This document shows, in pieces, positions 46,611-58,674 of a stretch of DNA of 64,000 nucleotides (positions are counted from its first letter, which is position 1; each line of letters opens with the position of its first letter). The DNA is from Thraustochytrium aureum. Lineage: Eukaryota. The translations under genes were made by a program, and so were the position numbers. The stretch covers positions 115,789 through 179,788 of the forward strand of contig BLSG01000162.1 in NCBI GenBank assembly GCA_012862495.1. The letters run 5' to 3'. The notes under the pieces were generated by a model. It saw only the letters and a list, made by a program, of their open reading frames with translations. It ran no database searches and was not told the origin of the DNA.

Positions 46611-47069
46611 ATGAGCGAGGAAAACGCGAAGAAGAGCGCCGGGCGCCTCGAGCCGGTAAGTTTAGGCAGCGTAGCCCGCCCGCCCACCGACGCGCGCGCG
46701 GGCACCGTGCGCAACGCCTGCGCGAAGCTGCGCTGGAGGCTGAACGGGCCGAGGCTGACTGGTTTGCTTCGAAATCGCTTCTCCACGCGCCGCAATCTTG
46801 CACAGGGTGTCGTGCTGGCGCTGCTCAAAGAGGTGCTCGGGGATGATGCCAAGATAAGCACGGGCGCCGCGGAGCTCGCCGCAGAGTACCTGCGGCTGGT
46901 GACCAAAGAGGCCATCGACAGGAGCGTCAAGGCTGCAGAGGCCGCCTCGAGTACGAGCAGCGACAACGCCTTCATGGAGCAACTCATGGACAGCGCGGAC
47001 ACCGAGGTGGTCCACGTAGAATCCTCGCACGTGGGTGACGTGGCGCAGTCGATCTTTCTGGACCTCTGA
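46611..47069 (+). CDS. CENPX: CENP-X/MHF2 histone-fold protein; exons 46611-46655 and 46806-47069
   Basis: AKISTGAAELAAEYLRLVTKEAIDRS...VAQSIFLDL. Intron 46656-46805 has a GTAAGT donor, a GCTGAC branch site and a CACAG acceptor. Confidence 0.75.
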   Translation: MSEENAKKSAGRLEPVSLGSVARPPTDARAGTVRNACAKLRWRLNGPRLTGLLRNRFSTRRNLAQGVVLALLKEVLGDDAKISTGAAELAAEYLRLVTKEAIDRSVKAAEAASSTSSDNAFMEQLMDSADTEVVHVESSHVGDVAQSIFLDL

Positions 47070-47293
47070 GCTCCCGGCACCGGGCCAGAGCTCGAGCCTT
47101 TGACCGCGCGACTGTCCTAGCAGGAATCGGTTGCAGCAAGGTTCGACAGCTTGCTACAGTAAACGCACAGCGCAGGGCGAGCGCGGCGCGCCCCACTACT
47201 GCTCGTTCAATGGCCTTACTTCGTCGCAAGGAAGCTAAAGGAAGGTTGAGTTGTTGTTGGTGTTCCCGTCCGCCGTCGCACGGCTCCGAACGC

Positions 47294-47766
47294 CTAGAGT
47301 GGAGGCGCACGTGGGTCGTTCTCGTGCACGATTTCGAAACCGCATTGCATCTCCTGAAGCTCGCAAGCTCTTTCTTCACACAATCGCCGCCGCCGAATGT
47401 AAAAAACCCGTCGCGCCCCGGTGTGCCGAATGCAGTTGATACCGTGGCGAAGAAAGGTCGTTTCGTACGTAAAGGCCTCGGACAACTCGAGGCTGATCAC
47501 AGTCAACTCGCCCTCCGCCTGCAGGGTGCTCCAAGAGTCGATGCACTTCTTCTCGTGTTCCTTGGCATCGGCGCAGACGAGGGCCACAAGGCTTGGCTGG
47601 TACTCCAGGCCGCGTTCTGCGCCTTTTAGCACGCAGTCAACAAGGGCGTGCGTAAATGAGCTCTCGCTGTAATCGTCCCCGTCGAATACAACATGGGATG
47701 GGCGCGTCTTGTTCAGATAGTCCACAAAGGCTTTTGCTGCGCCCATCGCTCCCTCGCAGGACCAGT
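47294..47766 (-). CDS. Hypothetical alpha/beta protein (N-terminus in gap, probable frameshift near 47403)
   Basis: Coding-like frame FVDYLNKTRPSHVVFDGDDYSESSFT...; a one-base correction in the T-run gives RVFTFGGGDCVKKEL. Confidence 0.45.
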
Positions 47767-48818
47767 NNNNNNNNNNNNNNNNNNNNNNNNNNNNNNNNNN
47801 NNNNNNNNNNNNNNNNNNNNNNNNNNNNNNNNNNNNNNNNNNNNNNNNNNNNNNNNNNNNNNNNNNNNNNNNNNNNNNNNNNNNNNNNNNNNNNNNNNNN
47901 NNNNNNNNNNNNNNNNNNNNNNNNNNNNNNNNNNNNNNAGGTTCGCGTCCTCCATCTCGGCCGTGCCGACCGAGGCACGCCGAGCGGAGTCCTGACGGCG
48001 ATCTGCTAGCGCTTCGGGCTTCGAGGCCTTCGGCCTAGTGTGGCTTGTCACCACAGCTGCCCGGAGCTCACGCACTGGCTTGCTGCTCGCTCGGTGTCTG
48101 AAGATGGTCCACGTGTTGTGTGTGTGGGAGCACCAAGGACAGAAATGGTGACCGAAATGTTGTTCTGCTTGGAGTACCCCGACGCTCGGTCACTGGTACT
48201 CGTCTACGCACACGCCCGAGCACTCGGTCCTAGCGAGTACCTTCCGGTAGAGTGCAGTACCGGTAGGAGTAGGGTCTTTCCTTCAACTCGAGCGGATTCG
48301 CGTTGGCTTCTGACTCTGGTCCTCGTCGGGCTCCTGGCCTCCTCCCAGCGAGCCGGCTCCGGTGCACCGCTCAAGTTGGTGGTTGGCGCCTGACCCTTCA
48401 AGCATACCTAGAGAGCATCGGCAGCACCGCTCCTTCCATATTTTGGAGGTCGCGCCGCCCCTCTTTTCGCGCAGCGTAGTCGGCATGCTGGGCAGCGTGA
48501 TGTTCTTGCTCTCTCTCTCCATGCGGCTGGCTGGTAAGTTGTAACTGATCAAAAGAACAATTCCACACAAGCGAGAAATGATCCTTTGATCGCCAGGTGT
48601 TTGCATGCATTCTGCTACGACATACGCGCGCGCGCAGTGCCCTCCCTCTCCGTGCGTGCGTCAGCGGGTCGGCCGACGAGGACAGGAAGAAGCCCATAGT
48701 CGGCTGCGACGCTGGTGCTGGTGCTGCTGGTGCTGCTGGTGCTGCTGCGTTGGTGCCTGGCTTGGCCGTTGGGAGGGTTGAAAGAAGGCGTCCGTCCGTC
48801 AACCCGCCGTTTGCCGCG

Positions 48819-49989
48819 ATGCCGGACGGCACCCAAGACCCGAAGCAGAAGAAGAACCCCGTGGGCGAGTTCCTGTTTTATTATGTCGGGACGCTGACGG
48901 CCATCTATGTGGCGGACCGGTCCGGCTGGCTCGCCTCGGGGGCGCCACGGCGTTGACACACTGCCGCCCGGGCTCTCTTTGGCCAACGTGCTCGAGGGCG
49001 CCCGCAGCGACGCGGACACGAAAAACAACCTCTTGTTTATTCTGATCGGAATAGCTCTGGTCTACCCGATGCACCTGTGGCGCACGTTCGTCAAGTCGTG
49101 GTTTGTCCCGCTGGCGACGCGCGGGGCCGGCCTTGACGCGAGGCTGCACAAGCACCACAAGTTCCTCGAGCAGGCCTGGCTTGCGGTGCACTACTCTGTC
49201 GCGGTGGCCCTGGAGGTGTACGCAATCAAGACCGCGACCAAGCATTGGCCTCCGTTGGCCACGGCCGCCTCGCGCGACGCGTTGCCAATGCCGCTCGAGG
49301 CCGTCCGGGCGCACCATGAATCGAGCGCTGTGCGCGCCGTCTACTTGCTGCAGTTTACCTTTTACTTTATGGAGCTGGCCACGCTGGTGATGGACAGGCG
49401 CTCGCGCTCGCGCTCTGACGCCTTCGTGTACGCGATCCACCACGTGCTCACTGTCGTGCTCATCGGGTTTAGCTACGTCACGTACTGCCAGCAGGCCGGT
49501 CTCCTGGTGCTGTTCTGCCACGACGTGGGTGACATTTTCCTCCCCATTGCAAAGTGCTTTGTTTACACCGAGGACCACGCCCGCGTCGCCTACTCGCGGC
49601 GCACGTTCAAGGTCCTGGAGGCCCTTGGCGTGTTCCTCTTCATCTGCTTCCTAGTCACCTTTGGGTTCGCCCGCCTGGTCCTCTTTCCGACCCTCATCTG
49701 GGTTGGCGTCTACAACTCTGGCTGGTTCGCGCGCGACTTTCGGGGCGGCGAGAGCGTAGACCCGGGCCTTCAAGACCCGACGACTTGGGACTGGATGCCA
49801 GAGCCAATCAGCTCTGGGTCGAGCATCCTGACGATGCATCTCCTGCTCTTGTTCCCGCTGCACGTGTACTGGTTCCGGTGCGCGCTTAGGGTGGCGTACC
49901 GCGCCGTCATGGGGCTCTACGACGACGAGCGGTCTGACGACGACGATGACGACGCGCCTGCCGCGCCTGCCAAGCAAAAAACAAACTGA
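48819..49989 (+). CDS. TLC-domain ceramide synthase (LAG1/LAC1 family); frameshift near 48940
   Basis: Lag1 motif RSRSDAFVYAIHHVLTVVLIGFSY...LVLFCHDVGDIFL, FARLVLFP, LHVYWF, DDERSDDDDD and C-terminal KQKTN (KxKxx ER-retrieval signal). Confidence 0.9.
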
Positions 49990-50857
49990 CCAATGTCGGC
50001 AGCCAACCCACTTTCTCCCAAACTTTATCGCGCTGCGGCCCGGCTGGCACTCGCGCCGGCCTCCCGGCGCCACGGGCCAGCGCCAGCGCGTATGTTGAGA
50101 GAACAGACGCAACGTCAAAGACATTCCCCCCTACCTCCAACCAACTTGCCGAGCCAGAGCTCCCCAGAAACAGAACGAACACAGGCCAAAGCAAAGCGCG
50201 CAGAGGTCCGTGCACCGCAGCCGCCTAGCTCGCCAATCATGATCTCGTCGCGCTGCGCGGCGCGCGGCGAGGATGGATGGCACGACCGTGTCGAGGCGCG
50301 CCAAGAGGAACAATCGAGTGCAACCAAACACCGTCGTTCACATCCGTAATTGGAAGCAAGCAAGAGCAAATCCAAACCACCAGGGGACGTCCAGCTGCAC
50401 GCTTGGCCTCCCTCCTTCCCTCTGTCGCGCGCCGCCGCCGCCGCGCTGCTGCTGCTGCTTCCAGGGCAGGGCCGGGCCGCCGATCGGCCGCTGCTCTGCT
50501 GTGCCGGCCAAGCGCGTCTGGGGTTTGCGGGAGGCNNNNNNNNNNNNNNNNNNNNNNNNNNNNNNNNNNNNNNNNNNNNNNNNNNNNNNNNNNNNNNNNN
50601 NNNNNNNNNNNNNNNNNNNNNNNNNNNNNNNNNNNNNNNNNNNNNNNNNNNNNNNNNNNNNNNNNNNNNNNNNNNNNNNNNNNNNNNNNNNNNNNNNNNN
50701 NNNNNNNNNNNNNNNNNNNNNNNNNNNNNNNNCGGCGTTGTCACGTACGCGGCACGGATTCGGCAGGGACGCGCATCTGCTTCGCTGCGCTGGGCGGGGT
50801 TCGGAGGGACGTACTGGCCTGCTCGTCGTCGCCGCTGGCGGTCTGCATTTGCACTGG

Positions 50858-53800
50858 ATGATGGAGACGGGAGACGAATCGGCGCAGCCAGTCACGCCTC
50901 GTCTCGCCGAGTCTGAGGCCCTTGCAGGGGCGAGCGATGCGGCCAAGGACGGGAAAAATACGCCGACCGTAGGCGACCGCGGTACGGAGGAACAGGTCGT
51001 GGCGGAAACTGAGCCGCTCGGGCCCAGTCCCCCTGGGGAAGCGAGGATGCCCGAGGAGGCGGTGACGGTTCGCGCTGCTGAGGGGCCCCATAGAGGATGT
51101 CGCATCAAGACCAACGACAACGCGACTCGAGGCGACCAAAAACGAGACCATCAACGCGACAGATCCCATGTCCACCGTGACAGCAAACCACGTGATTGAC
51201 TCTGGCGACAAGGAGAACCGACCTGAAGGGGACGCACCGAGCCTGAGAAAGGGCCTGACAACGGGCCTGGAAAATGGCCTCAATGCGCCCGCGGTCGACG
51301 CCGAGAACGCGGCCCACGGCACTGACCCCTCCCAGACCGGCCCGCCAAACGGCCAACTGTTGGCCCCCGCAAGCGCTGCAACGGACGACACTGACGCCGG
51401 AGAAGACGACAACGCGCAATGCGCGAGTGAAACAGATTTGGAAGGCGAAGGCGGCACCGACGACGTTTCTGACGAGGAGGACTTTGGTGAAGGAAACGAC
51501 CTTGACCTCAACCACGACCTCGGCCTGACGTTGACCTGGCGCATAGAAAACTTCAAAGACGTCCTGGAGGCTGCGAAGGCCAAGCTCGAGCTGAAAAGAG
51601 TGAGCGAATCCCTCCGCAGCCCCACTTTCAAAGCCCCAGACGGTTTCTCCTGGGGCTTGCTGGTGTTTCCGTGTGGCAATTTTCTGACGGGGAGGGAGGT
51701 ATGCCAAAACTTTTCCATGTACATCGAAGTGCGCGACGCAGCTTTCCAGGTGGCCAAGCTCGGTCCGCAGTGGAAGATCCGACGCCGGTACTCCCTCGCC
51801 GTCGTCAACCTGAAGAAGGGCACTGCGCGGGGGGTCTCGAAAGCTCCCTTCAAGTCATTGACAAGCGCCGTCGCCGCCTTGCACAAGTACGGCGCGGGTG
51901 ACAAGCAACTGTGGCGTGATGTGGGCAACGCCGCTGACGACTGCTTTCGCTCTACTCAACTGGACTGGGGTTTTGCTAGCCTAGCGCCATTGTCCCTGAT
52001 CGCGGACGAGAGGAACGGGTTCCTCAGTCCCGAGGGAGCGTTGACCGTTCAGGCCACTGTGACACCGCACGTGGATTGGGAATCGTACAGCAGCAAGGCG
52101 GCCACAGGCAAGGTGGGCTTGGAGAACGACGGAGCGACATGCTACCTCAACTCGTTGTTGCAAACGCTGTACATGACCAAGCGGCTCAGGGTAGCAGTGT
52201 ATGATCTCAACACGAGCGCCGACAAGCGCAACTCCGGCATCGGGCTCGAGCTACAGCGGCTCTTCTGGGAGCTGCAGACGAGCGAGCGTGCCATCTCCAC
52301 GCGAAGGCTCACGACGGCATTTGGTTGGGACTCGGCGCTCTTGTTCCGGCAGCACGACGTGCAGGAGATGAACCGCGAATTGGTGGACAAGCTCGAGTCG
52401 CGAATGCAAAACACGCCCCAGGAAGGCCTCATCAAGGCGCTCTACACGGGCAAGACCCGTTCGTACATCAAGTGCGTCAACGTGGACTTCACCTCCGCGC
52501 GCGACGAGGAGTTTTACGACATCCAGCTTGACGTGAAAAATATGCCCGACGTCGACGCCGCATTTGCAAAATACGTCGAAGAAGAGAAACTCGAGGGGGA
52601 GAACCAGTATGAGGCCGAGGGGCACGGCAAGCAGGACGCCATCAAAGGCATCGGGTTTCTCTCGTTTCCGCCCGTGCTAAACCTGCACCTCAAGCGTTTC
52701 GAGTACGACATGCGCACCGACTCGACCGTCAAGATCAACGACCCTTTCAAGTTTCCTGTGCGCTTGCAGCTGGACAAGTACCTGCACCCGGACGTCCGCG
52801 CAGATGGTGCGGCCGCGGGGACTGCGCCGCCGGAATACGACTACGTGCTGCACTCCGTTCTCGTCCACGTGGGGGACGTCAACGCGGGCCACTACTACGC
52901 GTTCATCAATGACATGGAGCCCACGCAGTCGCCAGCGCCCGGGTCCAACGTGGACGACTTTCTCGCTGGCGTTCCCCAGCGCTGGCTGAAGTTTGACGAC
53001 GAACGGGTTATTCCAGCCAACAAGCGCGTCGCCGTCGACCAAAACTATGGCGGCGGCGTGGGCGTGGCGCATCACCTGAGCTCGGGCCTCGGCAACGCGT
53101 ACATGCTAGTCTACGTCCAAATCAGCAAGCTCTACGAGGTCCTGCTGCCAGTCCCGGACGAGCGCGTCCCGCGAGCGCTGCTCGACAGGTTTCAAGCCGA
53201 CGAGGCGACAGAGATCAGGGAGCGCGAGGAGGAGGAGCGGCGCCGCGTCGAGATTGAAGTCCTTTTGTACCACGACAAGCACGTGCGGGACTTTGGCGCT
53301 TACGGGCGCTGGCCGGGGCGCCTCAAGCAGCAAGCCGACTTTGTCTGCTTCGAAGACGGCGACCGACTCACGATGCGCAAGACTGACAACGCCGACGCGC
53401 TCTACGCCGCGGTGGCCAAGTTCTACGGCGTCGAAGAGTCTGTCTTTCGCCTTTGGGCCTGCATCGACCGCCAGAACAGTACGGCCAGGCCAGACTTTGT
53501 GATTGAGCACGCACCTCACAGGGACAATGAGACCGTCCTGGACTACAAGAGCGTCGCCGATTCTGTGTGCATCTACGTCGAGTTCTCGCCTGGGTGGGGC
53601 CTGGAGGGCTCGCGCCGCCCAAAAGGCGCCGGGGCCCAGCCAGACGGCGACGCTCCCATGGACGATGCCGCCTCAAGCGATTCGACTGCTCCGGAAGGAC
53701 CTGCGCCTGAGCCGTCCCCTGCAGAGCAAGACCCGCCCCCAGTCGGGCCCAACGACCTGGTTGCCGAGCCGGCAACGAAGAGGCTGAAACCGAGCGCGCG

Positions 53801-55604
53801 CTTTGAGCCGCCGAGCACCCACGCCCTCCTCTTTGTGCGAGGGTGGGACGCCGATAAAGCGGCTATCAACGAGAAACTGGCATATCTTGGGCCGCTCTTG
53901 GTCCCCAGATCCACGGAGGCGAATCGATTCATTCCGGATGTGCTCGAGCCGTTCTTGGCCCAGGCGGGCTGGCCCGCAGGGGCGGAGGCGGCCACGACGC
54001 GCAAGCCGAGCGACTACCTGCTCTGGGAGTTGGTCAGCCCCCGCTCCATGGCCCTGCTCAACCTCGAGGCGGAGCCCGGCACCTTCATCGGCGCGTTCAA
54101 GTTGCAGCATGGCGACATCCTGGTGGTCGGGCGAGCTAGCGCGGACAGCGTTTTGCCGAAGGATGCGAAGGATGCGACACCGGAGCCGATCGTCCTCGAA
54201 GACGAGCGCGGTAGGCTTCACAACCACCTCCCGCTGCACGCTTTCCGCGCACCAGACCTGCTCTTGATGTACATGTCGAAGAGGTTGGAGATTGTGGTCA
54301 CCAGTTCGAGCGCGGCAGACATGGCGGAGCGCATCCGGGTCGAGTGCCAGATGCACACCAAGATGTCGACCTTCGCAGAGGTCGTCTGCCGCGCCCTGTG
54401 TGAGGAGGGCCGCGCCCCTGAAGGCACCCACGCGGACCAAATCGTTTTCTTCCGCGCCAGTGGGGCCTTTCGTTTCATCGAGCAGGCGCGGCCGCTCGAA
54501 GCCCTTGTTGACCAGGCCGACGCAACTGTTTGGCGGCAGACCGCGGCGACTTCCTCGCCAAGCGGCGGCAAGGCGTCGGTGTGGAACCCGGCGGCGGACG
54601 GCCCAGACGCAGGCTTCCCGCAACAGCGCGCCTTGTTCTATGAGTTGCTTCCGTGCAAAGCTAGCGAGGTGGGCCGCCTCTTCGAGATCACCGTGCTGGA
54701 CGGCGCATACCCGCGATACCGCACGGAGCTCGGTTTTTTGCGCACCGCCGACGACGAGATGGACGAGCGCGGCTTCGAAGAGCTGGAAGCTGAGCTCTCA
54801 AAGCGGCTCGGCTTGTCACAAGCCGATGGGGCCATGTTCCGCTGGATCACTGTCTCGCGTGGTCTGGTCCAGCTCGTCGCTGCTCCGCGCGAGCCTGAGG
54901 ACCCGCGTTCGGCGTTGTACACGTGGGCCAAGCTGCGCGAGGAGCGCGTGGCCCGCCGCTCTGTCGTCGCCGATCTCATCCGGCCGGAAGAGGACGAGGT
55001 GGAGCGCTCGCTCTCGCTTGCCTCGGTTCTGGGCCCCCACCTGCACCGCTCGGCCGGCCAAGTCGCGAGCACCCGCGTTGCAAACGGAGACAAGCCAAAC
55101 GCGTGGCTCGTCGTTGTGCGCCACTTTGATTCTCCGATTCCTGACAAGGGGACACGGGCGCGGCGGTACGGCCAGCCGCTCACCCTCGTCGTTCGTGAAA
55201 GCGACACGGGAACCACTGTGCTCGCCAAGGTGAGGGGCCGCCTTGGCCTCTCCGCGGCGGACGTCAAGGACTGGCGCGTTGCGGTGTTCGGTACAGACCC
55301 GAACAGCAAGGAGTTTGCCTGGCTCGAGGATGGCAGAAAGCTCGAGAGCTTTCCGGGGTTTCTCGACACGGGCGTCGGAAGGAATCGGGCCCTTGCCCTT
55401 GAAGACTATCCGACACTGGGTTTGTACCACCCGAATCCGCACCAGACGCTGCAGAGCCGAGCGCGTGCCGAGCCCAAGTTGCGCCGTCCCATCTCGAGCC
55501 GCAGTTCGCCTGTTATATCTGACAGCGCAATCGAGCACCCTGGCCAGGACAGGGGTTCGCTTCCGCCTGCGCCACCGCCGCCCCGTGGCGACGGCTGCTT
55601 TTGA
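50858..55604 (+). CDS. Ubiquitin-specific protease USP7/UBP12-13-like (MATH + USP + UBL-like region); probable frameshift near 51088
   Basis: MATH (WRIENF, WGLLVFPCGN, DWGFASL), Cys box GLENDGATCYLNSLLQ, QHDVQE, LHLKRFEYD, His box LVHVGDVNAGHYYAFI, WLKFDDERV, NAYMLVY. Confidence 0.93.
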
Positions 55605-55949
55605 GCTTTTTGATTGATTCCAACTCTCAGCCAGGTTTCCTTTGCTTGGCTTCCTCGACACTTCTGCAGCCCGGGCCTCGGCTCCGCAAAGATGCACCGT
55701 CCGCAACCATGTCGTCCTCTTGGCCTTGGCCGCCCAGGTGGCATGGACGCGCTCGTGCGGTACCGGTAACGGCCTCGAAAATGTGTGGAAAATGCCGTGC
55801 CGGAATGGTCGTCTCGCAGACCCGCAGCCGCGCGCCGGCCGGTCCGTGGGTTGGTCGCGAGTGGACCGCTCGCACTAGGGCCTGGGCGGACGGCCTGCAC
55901 GCACGCAGTGGCGCGCAGCGGCTGGCGCGGCGCTCGGCAGGCACGCGGG

Positions 55950-57383
55950 ATGGCGGGGCGCAAGATTCTGTTCAAGGTGAACGTCGCTCTCGGCGCCAAC
56001 CGGCGCGCGCTGTTGAGCGTGCGCGAGGGCGACGACCCCCACGACGTGGCGCACGGGTTTTGCGAGCAGCTCGGGCTTCCTGAAAAGGTCGGCGATGCCC
56101 TCAGGGAGGAGGTCGCGCGGGAGTGGCGCAAGTTCGAAAGGCAGGCTGCCATGGAAAGCCGAGTTCACGGGCCCTCGCGAAAGTCGCCGTCGAACAACAT
56201 TCCGGCGCCCGGCGGCAGCAGCGATGCCTACAAAAGGGAGTATTATGACCACCTGCAAGAGCGGTACCAGGTCGCGGTGCGTGCCAAAGCTGACCGCGAT
56301 GCAGCGGCGGCGAAGGCCGCGCGCCCCGTGTCAGCCCCGCACAAGCCACCCCCAGCTCACAAGGTCATCTCCGAGGAGGCGGCGCAGGCGCTGTCCAACC
56401 GCTTGTACGAAGAGAGCATTCAGGCAAAGAAGAAGATGCAAGAGGCGCAACGCAAGGCCAAGGAGGCGCGCGAGCGCACGCGGATGGCCTCGTGCACTTT
56501 CAAGCCAAAAATTTCCAAGGTAGCCAAGGAAGCCCCAGGGGGCAGGACGCACGGGCTGGGCCTCGAGGTCCAGGTGCAGCGGTACCAAGAGTCGCGCGTG
56601 GTCCGGGAGCACCTCGCTCGCGAGCGCGAGCGCGCCGAGATCGAGAAGGAGTGCAGCTTTCAGCCCAGCATCAGCAAGAAATCGCGAGACCTCGCGAGGC
56701 GGCGCCGCACGGCCAACGTCCCGCTGCACGAGGAGCTCCACACCGAGGCCGAGGTGCGGCGGGCCACCAAGGTCATCATCGAGCACACTCCAATGTACGC
56801 CTTCCAGCCCAACACGGGCCACGGCGAGCGCGGCACCACCGAGTCACAGGGCGACTTGGTGAACCGCCTGGCTGAGCCGAAAGGCGCAGGCGACGAGGTC
56901 TTCTACGATCACGCCATGTACGACCCGCAGACTGGGCGCGAGCTGTTCAGGCCTCAGGTAGGGCGCCCTCCAGCAGAGCACCGCGCGAGGCCGCCGGATG
57001 TCCCGGTCACAGACTACCTGTTTTTCGCGCGGCACGAGGCCCAGGACATCCGCGACCGGCTCCGGCGCGAGGAGGATGAGGCCCTCCAGGCTGCGCAGGC
57101 CAAAGGCGCGATCAGTGAGGCGTCGCGTCGTATTGCGGACAGCATTCGCGCGCAGCGCTTCGCGATGCTCTGGCACGCACTCAACGACCCGAAAGTGCGC
57201 GAGGACAGCTCGGAGGAGCTGCAGCTGCGGTGCATGGTCGAGTTGCTGCCCGAGCTCTTGCTGCGGCATGTAGGGCCGGACGCGATCCTTTCGGCCGCGG
57301 CGGGGTCCGAGGAGGACTTTTGTTCATACATGTGCCGAATGGCGCGCGGCGTGCCCTGTACAGCCGACCTGTTGCTCGCCTGA
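55950..57383 (+). CDS. Hypothetical coiled-coil protein with repeated CTF(K/Q)P-I motifs
   Basis: ILFKVNVALG...LSVREGDDP...FC N-terminal module; SCTFKPKISK, ECSFQPSISKKS, YAFQPN, LFRPQV repeats. Confidence 0.65.
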   Translation: MAGRKILFKVNVALGANRRALLSVREGDDPHDVAHGFCEQLGLPEKVGDALREEVAREWRKFERQAAMESRVHGPSRKSPSNNIPAPGGSSDAYKREYYDHLQERYQVAVRAKADRDAAAAKAARPVSAPHKPPPAHKVISEEAAQALSNRLYEESIQAKKKMQEAQRKAKEARERTRMASCTFKPKISKVAKEAPGGRTHGLGLEVQVQRYQESRVVREHLARERERAEIEKECSFQPSISKKSRDLARRRRTANVPLHEELHTEAEVRRATKVIIEHTPMYAFQPNTGHGERGTTESQGDLVNRLAEPKGAGDEVFYDHAMYDPQTGRELFRPQVGRPPAEHRARPPDVPVTDYLFFARHEAQDIRDRLRREEDEALQAAQAKGAISEASRRIADSIRAQRFAMLWHALNDPKVREDSSEELQLRCMVELLPELLLRHVGPDAILSAAAGSEEDFCSYMCRMARGVPCTADLLLA

Positions 57384-58674
57384 TGTCATGAATCTGCGTC
57401 GTTGGGTAGCCAGTTGAGAAAGCGCTTGCAGCTCGGGAACCAGAACGGTGCGTTGCCCCAACTTGAAGGTGCTCTGTTGCGCTTGGAACAAGTCCAGCGC
57501 GGCGAGCTGCAGTCGGCATCATGCGACGCTCAGGCGTTGCCCTGAAAATGGTTTTTGCACATCATCCGGGTCGTCCAATGTTGCGGGGGCAACAACAGCG
57601 GGCCGGCCGCGACATCGACTTCAGCGCTCATCCGCGCCGTCGCCATGAGCGTAACATTCATCCGGCTGGCTCAGTTCCTCCACGTCAGTCAGTCAGTCGC
57701 CCACGGCGTCGCACGACGCATCGAACGAGGCAAACTGGGCACCAACTCGACACAAGTGACACCGCGAGAGATCCCCCGACCGCCGCGCCAATTACTCCGC
57801 CTCACATCCTCGCCCATCGGACAAACCCCCTGCCTCCACAGAAACCAAGGCAAAGCCACGCCATTTGGGCCAAAGTATCCCCGAGAGGGGCCGCGCCTTG
57901 CAGAGGGCGCCCTCACAGTATCGTAGAGAGAGAGACAGAGAACGAGTTCCCCAAACCAAAGAAAAACGATTCAAAACAACAAACTCAACTTGTTGTATGT
58001 TTGGTAAGTTACCTTCTGACAAATGTATCGTACAACACACAACACCAAAAAGGGTGGACTCCAAGCGGGAGAAGCGAGAAGAAAAACCTCGAAAAGTGAG
58101 CGATACCGTACTCTAAAGGTATAAAACTCGAGTGGAAAAATAATGCGAGAGAAGGAAGAAAAAAACGACGGCGGGCGTCCAGGGCGAGTTGGAGCAGAGC
58201 CACTTCGCGCATCGGCACCGAGCATCGAGCGCCGGCATCGGCACCGGGCATCGGCATCGCGCCTCGAGCGTTGGTACCTACTCGCTTCCGTCGCGCATCG
58301 AGCAGCAGCAGCCGCAGCAGCAGCAGTTGCGGCAGCAGCGGTTGCGGCAAACGCGGCGCGCTGTTCGCGTCGGCCTCAGCGGGCTCCAGGCGCGCGCGGT
58401 GTGCGGGCAAGTGAGGACCGGAGTACGCCGACCGGACGCGAGTTGGCGTGCGTGTGCCGCGGCGGCTGCTGTGCGGCGCTGGTGAGTTTGTTTGTTTGTT
58501 TGCTTGTTTGGTGGATGACGGCGTGCATGCGATAGGTGCGCGCGCGCGGGGCTTGCTGGCGGCGCCCGAAGTGGCGCTGCGAGCGAACGAGGAAGCAACC
58601 GCGCGCTTGGAGCAAGGTGGACGCACTGCTGACGCTGAGCGACGCGGAGCGACAACAGAGAACCCCGGTCTGCA

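Noticed and set aside
805..49989. Lipid-related genes (sterol oxidase, MFE, CRAL-TRIO, flippase, ceramide synthase) as a functional cluster
   Set aside because: They are widely spaced and interspersed with unrelated housekeeping genes, with no evidence of co-regulation.
2150..51100. Frameshifts in many genes (near 3830, 5523, 18590, 33163, 39505, 47403, 48940, 51088) read as pseudogenes or programmed frameshifting
   Set aside because: They are single-base indels, mostly in short homopolymer runs, in otherwise intact housekeeping genes of a gappy draft. Sequencing error is the simplest explanation.
57400..58150. Short ORFs downstream of the coiled-coil gene
   Set aside because: Stops in all frames and no recognisable motifs; cannot support a gene call.
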